NCBI GenBank assembly: GCA_051546255.1
Contig: CP128817.1
Coordinates: 620,001-684,000 of the forward strand
Length of the DNA stretch: 64,000 nt
Reading direction: 5' to 3'
DNA from: Meyerozyma guilliermondii
Taxonomy: Eukaryota
Below are positions 30,948 through 40,860 of the stretch, piece by piece. The position numbers were made by a program, and so were the translations under genes. Each line of letters opens with the position of its first letter. Within the stretch, counting starts at the first letter, position 1. The notes below the pieces were generated by a model. The model worked only from the letters and a program-made list of their open reading frames with translations, searched no databases and was not told where the DNA came from.

Positions 30948-31853
30948 TTAGCCCATGATATCTTGATAAAGGTGCGATACTGCCTTTCCATCTAATTCCG
31001 TAGCATCAAGTTCTGTCTCAATGTTCTTTTTGTCAGTAGATGCTTTGATTTTGTACCTACCTTCTTGGCTCTGAGTAACTTCCAACTTTATACCAGTTTC
31101 CTGTAATATCTCTGTCATCTGCTTTATCCACTGAGCGCGAGACTGCTGTGGGTCTTGTTTAGTCGTAGTAGATTTCGATGCTGCATCGATATCATGATGA
31201 ACCATTTCGAGCTGTTGGGATAATTTACTTATTTCATCTTGACGATCACGTTGAGCTTGTTTTCTGGCACTTAGGAGAGCTTCGACACGCGCTTGTTCGC
31301 TTTGGACACGCGCAAGCTTTTGTTGAGCGCTGCTACCTATATTGAAGAGATTGTCATCACCCACGTCTGGCTGGAGCATGGCGTCAACCAACTGAGGATC
31401 CTTCGGGAAAAGAGAACGCAAAGAAGACTCCATTTCTGAGATTTCTTTTAATATTTCGTCTGTATCGTTGAGTTTGACCTGAAGATCGTGGTACAAGGAA
31501 ACATTTTGCGAGTTCTTTTCCTGGATATTTTGTATAGTAGTATTCAAAGAAGTCTTGTGAGACTTGAGTTCTGCCTTTTTTTCCCTGTTTTGTGTCTCGT
31601 ACTCGTCAATGTCTTTCTGCTCAACGTACAACGGAGGCGAAGACAAGATCGCTCGGAGGAACTTTTCTCTTGTTTCTTGCTCCAAATACTGAAACTTGAG
31701 TTTTGCGAATTCTTCTTTTTTGAAGTTAATTTCCTCGTTTACCACCAATGGGTTTTCGACATGAGTGCCATCTGCGAGCTGCGTCTCCTCGATCTGTCGC
31801 TGCGCCGTAAGGAACTCTAGGTCTTGGGACCCTAAAGCTATAGATTGAGACAT
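30948..31853 (-). CDS. KRE28: Kinetochore coiled-coil protein, Kre28/Sos7 family
   Basis: FAKLKFQYLEQETREKFLRAI motif and long coiled coil. Confidence 0.75.
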   Translation of the reverse strand: MSQSIALGSQDLEFLTAQRQIEETQLADGTHVENPLVVNEEINFKKEEFAKLKFQYLEQETREKFLRAILSSPPLYVEQKDIDEYETQNREKKAELKSHKTSLNTTIQNIQEKNSQNVSLYHDLQVKLNDTDEILKEISEMESSLRSLFPKDPQLVDAMLQPDVGDDNLFNIGSSAQQKLARVQSEQARVEALLSARKQAQRDRQDEISKLSQQLEMVHHDIDAASKSTTTKQDPQQSRAQWIKQMTEILQETGIKLEVTQSQEGRYKIKASTDKKNIETELDATELDGKAVSHLYQDIMG

Positions 31854-32191
31854 ACTTGTTTGGATCGCGTGTAGTTTGTGTGGTTCTTATTTGTGTGTCT
31901 CTGTGCAGGAAAAGAGCTCAATAACAGGTGCGAAGCTAGCGGCTGGCAAGACGATAAGGAGATAATAAGCAGAAAATATGACAACAATGAAGCTGAAAGC
32001 CACTGGTTACTCCAGACTACTAGTCACTCCAAACTTGAATAATCTTCATTCAAAGTTTCAATTTGATTTTTCATGATTGGTGTGGAATTATTCGCGATCA
32101 GCGGTCCTGCAGCCGCTGATATGACGTCTCATTTTGCAGCCAGTCACGTACACATTTAATACTTTATAGGCAGCCCCAAAAAACCCTCATC

Positions 32192-32665
32192 ATGGACCAG
32201 TCGCCAGAAATAACAAGTCTTGAGATCTACGAGCCCTTGCCACTTCCTTTAGTGGCTACAAGTGAAGAATTCGACGAGGTAATCAACGCACTCGATTCGG
32301 AATCGATAGTTGACACAGCCAGTTTGGTCAAAAGTTCTTCGTATTTATCGCTTGATCTCAAACGGAGTCTGCTCTTTGAGCCTGCCTACGCACCGCCACC
32401 ACCGCCAAGAATAAAGCTAGAAAGCAAGAAGCAAGTGCAACCAAAGGTGGAACCACAAACATTAGTTTCTGACAACCGCCGCAACAGCATCTACACAATC
32501 GTGCTCAAAAAACGGTACTCGCAGATCCGCAGCTCACTCAAGTTGGGTCGCACCCAATCGCTGTCCACGACAAAGCCAAGACTCGAGCGCGCACTCGCCG
32601 CACTTCCACACGCCTTGTCGAGGTTATCAATAGAGCCAAGAAAACGCCTGCCTAATCGAACGTAG
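32192..32665 (+). CDS. Hypothetical low-complexity protein, 157 aa
   Basis: ATG-initiated ORF filling the gap; acidic N-terminus, PPPPR, basic C-terminus; no family recognised. Confidence 0.6.
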   Translation: MDQSPEITSLEIYEPLPLPLVATSEEFDEVINALDSESIVDTASLVKSSSYLSLDLKRSLLFEPAYAPPPPPRIKLESKKQVQPKVEPQTLVSDNRRNSIYTIVLKKRYSQIRSSLKLGRTQSLSTTKPRLERALAALPHALSRLSIEPRKRLPNRT

Positions 32666-32666
32666 C

Positions 32667-32675
32667 TCACGTGAC
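32667..32675. promoter_or_regulatory. Cbf1-type site TCACGTGAC upstream of PAR32
   Basis: Exact consensus. Confidence 0.5.
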
Positions 32676-32744
32676 GCCCCGTACCAAGAAATCCAAAGTC
32701 GAACAACCGGTACTTTTAGTGTTGAAGCCGCCACATATCAAAAC

Positions 32745-33314
32745 ATGCCGTATTCTACAGGTAGAGGAGGCGCCGGTAACTTCCACAGCGCCGGCGAATC
32801 TCTGAAAGTTATCTCACCTTCAAATAGCTCCAACGATGCCCAGAACGGTCACCCACAACCCCAACCCCACAGTAAGCATGACAACAAGCATTATGTGTCT
32901 ACGGGCCGAGGAGGAGCTGGCAACATCACTACTTCTGAAGATGCTCCGTCGCCGAAACTAGTTCCTCAAGGAAGCAATACTCCACAGCTCCACACCAACA
33001 AAGTGACCACTGGCCGCGGAGGGTACGGCAACATGGTCAGCAACGATAACCCCGAGCTTACAAGAAAGCTTCAGGACGTAGAGCACCAGGTGAGTCCCAA
33101 GGAGAATGAACTTTACACCCAAGCATCAAACCGGTCATTTTCTGTTGGCCGTGGTGGTTTTGGCAATGTTATTTCCCACACCAAATCGGGTACCAGTCAG
33201 AGGTCAGGAGGACTGAACGACCCTCCCAATCTCATGGCTGTCACCAGCCGGGGAAAGAAGCGGGTGGACCACAAGAAGGGGTTTATGCTGAAAATCAAGG
33301 AGATATTTCTGTAA
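32745..33314 (+). CDS. PAR32: Par32-like protein with GRGGAGN repeats
   Basis: Four (S/T/V)GRGG(A/Y/F)GN repeats and a basic C-terminus. Confidence 0.85.
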   Translation: MPYSTGRGGAGNFHSAGESLKVISPSNSSNDAQNGHPQPQPHSKHDNKHYVSTGRGGAGNITTSEDAPSPKLVPQGSNTPQLHTNKVTTGRGGYGNMVSNDNPELTRKLQDVEHQVSPKENELYTQASNRSFSVGRGGFGNVISHTKSGTSQRSGGLNDPPNLMAVTSRGKKRVDHKKGFMLKIKEIFL

Positions 33315-33413
33315 AGAAGGAGGAAGGAGGTAGGAAGTGATGGAGAGTGATGAAGGAATAGTGATAAGGAAGATGGAAGCGGTTTGGAAGTGTATAGTTT
33401 GTCTAGATCTATG

Positions 33414-33995
33414 TCAATTATTAACAAGGTACTCCCTCACTTTGGTAAGCGCCTTGTACCTATGGCTGATTCCATTTTTCACGCTTTTATCAAGCTCAGC
33501 ATAAGTCTTGTCAAACCCATCGGGTTCAAACACCGAATCCCATCCAAAGTTCGTAGGTCCCCTACTATCTACTATACGGCCATGGGTAATTCCTTGGAAC
33601 AACTCCACCTTCTCTCCGGGTCCCGCACAGTATCCAAATGTACATATAGCCTTGGCACCTTTATCGTCAAATTTATAAAGCATGTCTACCAAACCTTGAA
33701 GTCCAATACTTTTTACAAACCACTTGATATATGGTCCTGGTAAATCATTAAAAGCATCGAATCCCAAACAGGTATCCTCTACCAACACTGGTCCGTTCAA
33801 AATCTCTGCTGCTGACTTGGCTTTGTGGATGGTGACTTCTTCGATGGAGCCTTGAAGTTCGTCCAAATCAAGAGATTTGTTTGTTATAAGGTACTTTCCC
33901 ACCTTGGCCCCATCTGGGGAGTCCCCAGTGGCGAGAATGGCCACTACTTCTTTGAGCTTGTTGGCATTTCCTGTGACAAAAGTTATGGTGGACAT
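33414..33995 (-). CDS. HAM1: Inosine triphosphate pyrophosphatase
   Basis: [29 protein letters not shown]. Confidence 0.95.
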   Translation of the reverse strand: MSTITFVTGNANKLKEVVAILATGDSPDGAKVGKYLITNKSLDLDELQGSIEEVTIHKAKSAAEILNGPVLVEDTCLGFDAFNDLPGPYIKWFVKSIGLQGLVDMLYKFDDKGAKAICTFGYCAGPGEKVELFQGITHGRIVDSRGPTNFGWDSVFEPDGFDKTYAELDKSVKNGISHRYKALTKVREYLVNN

Positions 33996-34025
33996 AATGA
34001 GCGATGAGTGAGTGAGAGTGAGAAG

Positions 34026-34052
34026 AATGGAAAATGGAAAATGGAAAATGGA
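34026..34052. repeat. (AATGGAA)~4 tandem repeat upstream of HAM1
   Basis: Read directly from the sequence. Confidence 0.75.
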
Positions 34053-34292
34053 GTGAAAATAAAAATGAATTGAGTTGTGAAGCTGAAGTTGAGAGTCAGA
34101 GCAGAATGAGAGCAGAGTTGAATGAAGAGTAGATTGTAATAAACTGTGGAAAAAAGAAGTTGAAACTACTTCTCTGAAGCCATTGATTCCAGTCTGCTTC
34201 AACGAATTAAACTTGACCAGTTTCCAATAAAAGTACCCTCATCTTTTATGTCCTACACTTGCCTCCTCTTCTGTCTATTCCTATTTACATTC

Positions 34293-34631
34293 TTACAATT
34301 TTCCTAACCTCTTCTTCAACGATCGCTGGGCTCTTCTTCTCTTTCTCAACTTGTGCTTTTTCATTTTCAATCGTCTTTTCCGCAACACCGAATCCATATA
34401 CATAGTGTTGTCTTCTGGCTCGTGCCATACTCCCATATCAACCTCATTTACAATGGAAAATGTGCTGGATGATGCAATCTTCGCTACGGGTTTTTGAACT
34501 TCCCTGAATGCTGGCATAAAAGGTTTCGGAAGCATGCTACTGATCATGGAAGTATGGGCATTTCTCACCCCGGTTCTCCATGCCATCGGTCTCAACGCCC
34601 GGAGTGGGCCTAGAATCAGCCTTGCTAGCAT
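34293..34631 (-). CDS. QRI5: Mitoribosomal mS38 / Cox24 (Qri5)
   Basis: Presequence-like N-terminus; DSVLRKRRLKMKKHKLRKRRR. Confidence 0.88.
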   Translation of the reverse strand: MLARLILGPLRALRPMAWRTGVRNAHTSMISSMLPKPFMPAFREVQKPVAKIASSSTFSIVNEVDMGVWHEPEDNTMYMDSVLRKRRLKMKKHKLRKRRRAQRSLKKRLGKL

Positions 34632-34675
34632 TACTCGGTCTCCAACAAAATTTCCATTTCGATTGAGAAAGACGG

Positions 34676-34683
34676 CACGTGAC
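34676..34683. promoter_or_regulatory. Cbf1-type site CACGTGAC upstream of QRI5
   Basis: Consensus match 45 nt from the ATG. Confidence 0.45.
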
Positions 34684-34957
34684 CACTCCAGTTGCAAATT
34701 GGGACTTACTGCTTGAGCTTATCAAGTTCGAGTTCACGGCTCGAGTTCGTCAATCGGCACAATGCTACCGTTTGTCCTAATTTCCATTGTTTGGTTCTTT
34801 ACAGTTTAATTAGTTTGTCAAAATTGCTATGCGATTGCAGCCTATGCGTGACGTTGATTTTCACTCTTGGAAATTTTCAGTATTAGATCATAATTTTGGC
34901 TAGTTCAAACTCAATTGAGAGTAAGCAGCAAACCTGCTCAACAACTAGTTCTTGAAC

Positions 34958-35887
34958 CTAAGTTTCTGAGCTATTTTCCGCAGTCACTCGACTAGAGTCG
35001 ATTTCAATGTTCATCACCAATGGGTCCAGTATTCTCACAACTACTCCTTTTGTTCCAGAGAGACCATTGCTGGAACTCACTTGAGTTGTCATGCTGCTTT
35101 CCCAATCGTAAACATCGTACTTGAGTCCATATGAATTGATTGTAACTTGCGAGCTTCCAAGAGGTAAAAGTCCACATGTAGGAACCAGAGACGACGAAAA
35201 CACTGATTTTGACTTGTAGGAAACGAAATTGGCACCACGACTTAAAACGAATACCACATCGTACTCAGTAATAAATAATAGTCGTAAATGCAGATCAGTC
35301 TCGTTGAGCTTATATAGCTGGCTTATTGAGTGTATGGTTTGGTCAAATCTGCCGCCCAATGCACTCAAAATGTACAAATGAACGGGAAGAAGGCTCTGGT
35401 CTTTTTTGATCTTTTCAACAAGCCGAACAAGGCCATCGTGAGAGTCAATGGTGTTGCTCGAATTGAGCAAAGTTTGCTTCAAATCCGCCAGCCCATACCA
35501 TATCTGAGCTATAGTTACTGCTTTCATAAAATCTGTGGCGTATTGAGTAGACTGCTCGATTATTCGTGAGCCTTTTGAAGCATAGTACTCCTTCACTTCA
35601 TCACGGATGGAATCAAAATCTCCCGTTATAAACTCAGGAATATAACTGTCACGGGTACTATCACTGAAAAAGTCATAGAGACGATTGGCACCGCCGTCAG
35701 CACATATATGAAGCTCGGTGGCATTCCAAAACCTTATCAAGTTCATTTTTGCAAACGATTGATTTAGTAAAATCAACACACAATTATCAGATCCCGAAGT
35801 ATCCAAAAAACGAAACGGTTCAATTGTTTGATATTGGCCCTCTGGAGGTTCAACAACCATATCATCATCCCTTTCTACCACTGACAT
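34958..35887 (-). CDS. THI80: Thiamine pyrophosphokinase
   Basis: CADGGANRL, GDFDSI, QYATDF, LGGRFDQTI, GLKYD, VSSSN. Confidence 0.95.
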   Translation of the reverse strand: MSVVERDDDMVVEPPEGQYQTIEPFRFLDTSGSDNCVLILLNQSFAKMNLIRFWNATELHICADGGANRLYDFFSDSTRDSYIPEFITGDFDSIRDEVKEYYASKGSRIIEQSTQYATDFMKAVTIAQIWYGLADLKQTLLNSSNTIDSHDGLVRLVEKIKKDQSLLPVHLYILSALGGRFDQTIHSISQLYKLNETDLHLRLLFITEYDVVFVLSRGANFVSYKSKSVFSSSLVPTCGLLPLGSSQVTINSYGLKYDVYDWESSMTTQVSSSNGLSGTKGVVVRILDPLVMNIEIDSSRVTAENSSET

Positions 35888-36001
35888 AGTTAAACAAGGC
35901 TTATTACTTCAAGTCGCTGCATTTGACTGCAATGTCGGGCACCCAACCACCACGCGAAGTTTCATTTCTCACCAACGTTTTGCGACTGTCGTTCTGTCGC
36001 C

Positions 36002-36442
36002 ATGAGCAAGCCAGAATCATCTCTGGCAGTACCCAGGGACGTGCGTCTTCTCCATCTCATCTTCGCAACCCAGGGCGTTCTGAGCTACCAGGACCATGTT
36101 CCTTTGCAATTAATGGACTTTGCACACCGGTATACCACATCGGTGTTGAAGGACGCTTTGGTGTATAACGACCATGCCAAAGGCGGTTCTGGAAATTCGA
36201 GTGCCACCGTCAGCACAGACGATATTCGACTCGCAATTGCTGCTCGTACAAACTACCAGTTTAAACCAACTCCACCAAAGGAACTTATGTTGGAGTTGGC
36301 TCATGAAAGAAATTCTAAACCTCTTCCACAAGTACCCCCTAAATGGGGTTTGAACTTGCCGCCAGAAAAGTACTGTCTCACTGCTCGTGACTTTACTGAC
36401 TTGGAGGAGGACGAACAACCGTCGAAAAAGATGCGTAGCTAA
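36002..36442 (+). CDS. TAF9: TFIID/SAGA subunit Taf9
   Basis: PRDVRLLHLI, QLMDFAHRYT, DDIRLAIAARTNYQFKP, LPPEKYCLT. Confidence 0.96.
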   Translation: MSKPESSLAVPRDVRLLHLIFATQGVLSYQDHVPLQLMDFAHRYTTSVLKDALVYNDHAKGGSGNSSATVSTDDIRLAIAARTNYQFKPTPPKELMLELAHERNSKPLPQVPPKWGLNLPPEKYCLTARDFTDLEEDEQPSKKMRS

Positions 36443-37145
36443 GTTACAATAAGGGCAGAGAAGTTGACGAAGAGAAGTGACGAAAGGAAACTGACTGTGA
36501 TCGGGCACAAAGTAGTATATGAAGGATGAAATGTGAAAGAAGTGACGAAAAGTGAAAGTTAACAATGAAATAATGAGTTGGTTATTGTTACCATATACAA
36601 CGACAATTAGTCTTGCAATTGGTGCAAAGTTGTGGTCAGTTTTTCTTTATGCCACGACCGCGACTGCGATGCTGGTAAGGTTGGGCATCTGTGAACTAGA
36701 ACTATGTATATTATAAACGTAAAATATGTTGGTTATATCAGCAATGGTTGCGAATTTTTCATTTCTTGCAAATTTGGAGAAAGTCAATTATTTTACATAA
36801 GTAACGGAATTGAGTCGTTATGGATAATCGTCTCGATTATAAACCACCTTAGATTCCTGGAACTACCATTTATAGTATACCAAAAGACTGATATGACTTA
36901 TTCGACACAAATCACTAAAATTAGATTCCAATCAAAATAACCTAAAAAAAGAGAAAACCCAACCTCACAAGTCAGTCATAATCCACAGTAACACCAACAA
37001 AAGTCAGAAAATGTCCTCAAAGTCTTCTTAGCTTCTACATATTTGCACTCATCTTTGTCGTTCCCACCTCCTCACACCAGGCTGTGCACCGGCCCCATGC
37101 AGGCGTGTCCTCAAAGTTCAAACTCAACACGCTTCAACACCAAAT

Positions 37146-39280
37146 ATGATACAGCCCACCGTGGCTTCAATTCCCGAGTATGTAATTGCCGAGCAAGGGT
37201 ACTGCTTGTGTACACTATCAGCATCAATCGTTCAAACTTTGGAATGAAAACTTTGAGTTTTCGGCGAAATCGCTTAGCTACTAACATCAGAGCAAAAGAG
37301 GAATACCTCGGTTCTTCGCTTATTGAGCGTACAGCTCGCCTCCACACGTTCACCGATATCGGACCTGCCGATCTCTGTTCTATCCACAAGTTTTCACCCA
37401 CAAGCAAGAAAAATGCAGACATTGGAACCTTTCTCTACTTCACTGGAGTGGACACTTCGAGTTCGGCTTCGATTGGCGCCCAGCTTCAAAACCTTGCCAC
37501 ATTGATAGGTGACAAGGGCCAGTACTGGTTTGGCGAGAAAAAGCACTGGAAAGTTCCAGATCTCACATATTGTGCATTCAATGCATTTTCAAAAGTTGAT
37601 ATGCGGGTAAAGGTGCACATTCCTGGACTGTACGAAACCCTGGTGGTAAATCATGATGGTAAGCTCATCCACGACAAGATCAGCGATGATGACCTCGAAG
37701 CATTGTGGACAGAAACGTTTGTCACAAGTATAGTTCGTTGCTTGATCGACAACGACGAAGAAGATCCATCGCGCGCAGGCGGCCTCGTCGAAGTACGCAA
37801 GGTCAATCCTTTCACTGGCCGCTCCGATGTGCTTACTTTGTTCATGTCTGGGTTTGAAAAACTCTTCTGGGACGGGCCCAAACTTGGATGTGATGTAGAT
37901 ATTCCCCAACCTACACTTGTGTCCAACTATCTAGTTGATGGATTCTTAAGATGCGTTCATCTCACGCAAAACTATGAAACCGCCTTGGACGTATTGGGGC
38001 GCCTTCGCGACCTTGAGCCCGCGGTGGTCACCATTATTGCAAAAGTGTTGTTGATGAAGGACGAAGAAGTAGCGGCTGTTCAGGAAATGAACGCTGGAAT
38101 CGCTCTTAATCCCCGTGATTCAAGCTTATTAGTGGTCCAGGCGCAATTCTGTTTGGACAAAAAACGCTACGATTTAGCCCTCAGTCTTGCAAAACAAGCT
38201 GTTCAAGCGCTGCCGTCCGATTTCAAATCATGGGGATTACTTGTGACAGTCTACACAAAACTCAACGATTTTGAAAATGCCTTGCTCACATTGAACTCCT
38301 GTCCCATGAACTCGCATAAGGAACGGTATTTCCTCAAAAGAATTGTCCCTCTTCGTGGGGGTAACGAGGACCTTCATCTTCCTCTGCCGTTGGATGTTGT
38401 TTTAGATGAAGTATCCAATCTTCTGAGTGCAGATATAGCCTTTGAACAAAAAAACATGGATCCACAGCTTGCCAATCTCCCAGCAGGCAATCTCAAATCA
38501 ACCTTTGCCAAGGCGTATGATCTTTTGACAGATATAGTCAGCAAAACTGGATGGGAAGCCCTTCTCAAGTATCGTGCTAAAGTGTTCGTGATGGAGGAAG
38601 AGTACCGAAAGGACCGCACTTCAAGAAAAGGTTCGACTGAAGATACTCTGTCTACGGTTGCGATCAAATCGCCGGCAAAAGAAGAGGCTGATGACGAGTT
38701 TCGTAAAAAGCGGCTTTGCGAGCGGTGGTTAGACAACCTTTTCATGTTACTTTACGAAGATTTAAGAGCATACACCATGTGGCAGGCTGAGTACGTGCAC
38801 TTCCAGGCCCAACAAATGGAATACAAAAAGACCACATCCGAGTGGGAGATTCTCGGCATGATCGCTTATAGGTTGAAGCACTTCAAAGAAGGCTCACAAG
38901 CGTTTGCAAATGCCCTTAGTGGCCGGTTTTCAGCAAGGTCTACTCGCGAACTTGTTCGCTACTACAAAATGGAAAGATCAAAGTCGACATCCAAGCGTGA
39001 TACCACCGCCAAGTCTGCCACTCAATTGGACGAAAAAATTCTTGAATGCTGTATTAAGCTTCTTGTATGGAATCATCGATGGTATTGTGACTTTTCGCCC
39101 TCTATACTTATAACCTTGGCGGACCTCGTCGCTACGGAGGGCTTAATTAGAATCCAAAGTTCTGTCCAGGCGGTATATTCCAACCAGATTCTGAACGACT
39201 CCACTAGTGGAATCATTGAGATGATGAATGACGTCTACGGTTTCTTCAGCGACTACAAGTTGGCAGGGTCAGATAACTAG
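37146..39280 (+). CDS. BCH1: Exomer ChAPs subunit (Bch1/Bud7 family); join(37146..37177,37291..39280)
   Basis: Spliced N-terminus MIQPTVASIPE-AKEE; GPADL, YCAFNAFS, ENALLTLNSCPM, KRLCERWLDNLFMLLYEDL. Confidence 0.88.
37178..37290 (+). other. 113-nt spliceosomal intron in BCH1/BUD7
   Basis: GTATGT...TACTAAC-ATCAG; joins the SIPE exon in frame. Confidence 0.9.
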
Positions 39281-39316
39281 CTCTCAATACACATTTCCTA
39301 TCTGGGTTCGCGATAT

Positions 39317-39324
39317 TCACGTGA
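39317..39324. promoter_or_regulatory. Cbf1-type site TCACGTGA upstream of AGX1
   Basis: Palindromic consensus 39 nt from the ATG. Confidence 0.45.
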
Positions 39325-39362
39325 GATGGCACACAAGAAACTCCGACTCCGACTTTTTCTTC

Positions 39363-40751
39363 ATGTCACCCAACCAGCGTTTGAGCTTGCTCCAGGGCCA
39401 TTTACAGCGTAACACCGAGTCCAGAGCGCCAGAATTCCCATGCTTGTCTCCTGCGGAACGTAATAGTTACTTTGAGTCGAAATCGGCGGAATCCGTGACC
39501 ATGAACAATTTACTGGCGACCGTAACTCCGGCCATTAAATCTAATCAACCACCACATAAACTCGTGATGATACCTGGTCCAGTGGAATTCTCAGACAAGG
39601 TCTTGGAAGCCATGGCTCAACCGCCTCAGGCACACACTGGTCCTGAATTTGTAGGTGTTTTTTCCGAAGTTTTGAAAAAATTAAGACTACTTTTTGGAAA
39701 CAATCAAAAGACTCATGGAGGCCAGCCAGTGGTTTTAAGTGGTTCAGGAACATTGGGATGGGATGTTTTGGGTGCCAATTTACTTCAGCCCGAGGAAAAA
39801 GTTTTGTGCATCAGTACTGGATTTTTCAGTAACAGTTTTGCAGAATGTATGTCGAACTATGTCAACGATGGAAATGTCACCACTTTGGAGGCAGCTGTTG
39901 GTGCTTCCGTTCCGTTACATGAGATCAAAAAAGAATTAGAGCTGCTGAATTACAAGTTGATTACACTTACTCATACCGATACCTCTACTGGTGTGCTCAC
40001 CAATATTGAGCAAGTTGCTCAGCTTGTTCGTCAAGTGAGCCCAGAAACACTCATTGCGGTGGACGCTGTTTGTTCTGCTGGAGTTGAAGAAATCCAGGTT
40101 GATAACTGGGGTCTTGACTTTGTATTGACTGCATCTCAAAAGGCCATGTCGACTCCCGCTGGATTGTCTATCATGTTTTTATCGCAAAGATACATTGACC
40201 AAAGTGTTGCACAAAAGAAAAAGAAGCCTTTCTATGTTCTGATCCATAAATGGCTTCCTATTATGAAAAACTACGAAAATGGAATTGCTTCCTACTTTGC
40301 GACTCCAAGCTCTCAATTGGTTGGAGCCTTAAACACATCCTTAAGTGAAATATTTGGTGTCGAAAATGCCAAGGACGTTAAGATTGACTCAAAATCGAAA
40401 CTTCCTCTTGAGCTTATAAAGAGATTCCAGACTCACCAGCAAGTTGCAAAGGAGTTTCGCCAACAAGTTGCCCATCTCGAGTCGGTATGCTTATCTAAAG
40501 CTGATATGTGTAACGGAATGACAGCACTCTACGTACCCCAAGGAACTCAAATTGCAAGTCTTTTGGGAAAACTTAGCAAAGACTACAATGTGAATTTGGC
40601 TGGTGGAATCCACCCTCAGATCGCTGGTCGGTATATACGTATTGGACATATGGGAGTAAGTGTGACAGGAAACAACGCTGCCGATGTCAAGGTGGTGGCT
40701 ACTGCATTACAAAAGGAGCTCACAGGCGATGAGCTGGTTGCAAAAAGTTAG
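39363..40751 (+). CDS. AGX1: Alanine:glyoxylate aminotransferase (class V PLP enzyme) with N-terminal PTS2-like signal
   Basis: MIPGP, SGSGTLGWD, HTDTSTGV, DAVCS, TASQKA (PLP Lys), RIGHMG; second in-frame ATG 39501. Confidence 0.9.
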   Translation: MSPNQRLSLLQGHLQRNTESRAPEFPCLSPAERNSYFESKSAESVTMNNLLATVTPAIKSNQPPHKLVMIPGPVEFSDKVLEAMAQPPQAHTGPEFVGVFSEVLKKLRLLFGNNQKTHGGQPVVLSGSGTLGWDVLGANLLQPEEKVLCISTGFFSNSFAECMSNYVNDGNVTTLEAAVGASVPLHEIKKELELLNYKLITLTHTDTSTGVLTNIEQVAQLVRQVSPETLIAVDAVCSAGVEEIQVDNWGLDFVLTASQKAMSTPAGLSIMFLSQRYIDQSVAQKKKKPFYVLIHKWLPIMKNYENGIASYFATPSSQLVGALNTSLSEIFGVENAKDVKIDSKSKLPLELIKRFQTHQQVAKEFRQQVAHLESVCLSKADMCNGMTALYVPQGTQIASLLGKLSKDYNVNLAGGIHPQIAGRYIRIGHMGVSVTGNNAADVKVVATALQKELTGDELVAKS

Positions 40752-40860
40752 TAAAAGTTAGTATGTACATGGGAAATGATTGCTTGGTCTCTCTTCTCTT
40801 CATTGAGCTCTCTCCTTCAACGAGCTGTCTCCTTCAGCTCACCTTATTCTTCTCCTCAAT

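Noticed and set aside
33996..34202. N-terminal extensions in the ORF track (HAM1, RPL9, CCW12-like, SNU66, HIR2, NTE1 and others)
   Set aside because: They begin at TTG/GTG in low-complexity leaders; homology starts at the downstream ATG
34726..34748. GTTCGAGTTC B-box/tRNA-like motif; also GGTTCGAATTCC near 23176
   Set aside because: No cloverleaf or A box; the second lies inside the APL2 CDS
36443..37145. Centromere or replication origin in the AT-rich gap
   Set aside because: Only about 700 nt, with no CDEI/CDEIII, LTR or flanking inverted repeats; cannot be supported from sequence
40740..40761. PTS1 or readthrough-generated PTS1 on AGX1
   Set aside because: Ends AKS followed by TAG TAA; no in-frame SKL-like extension
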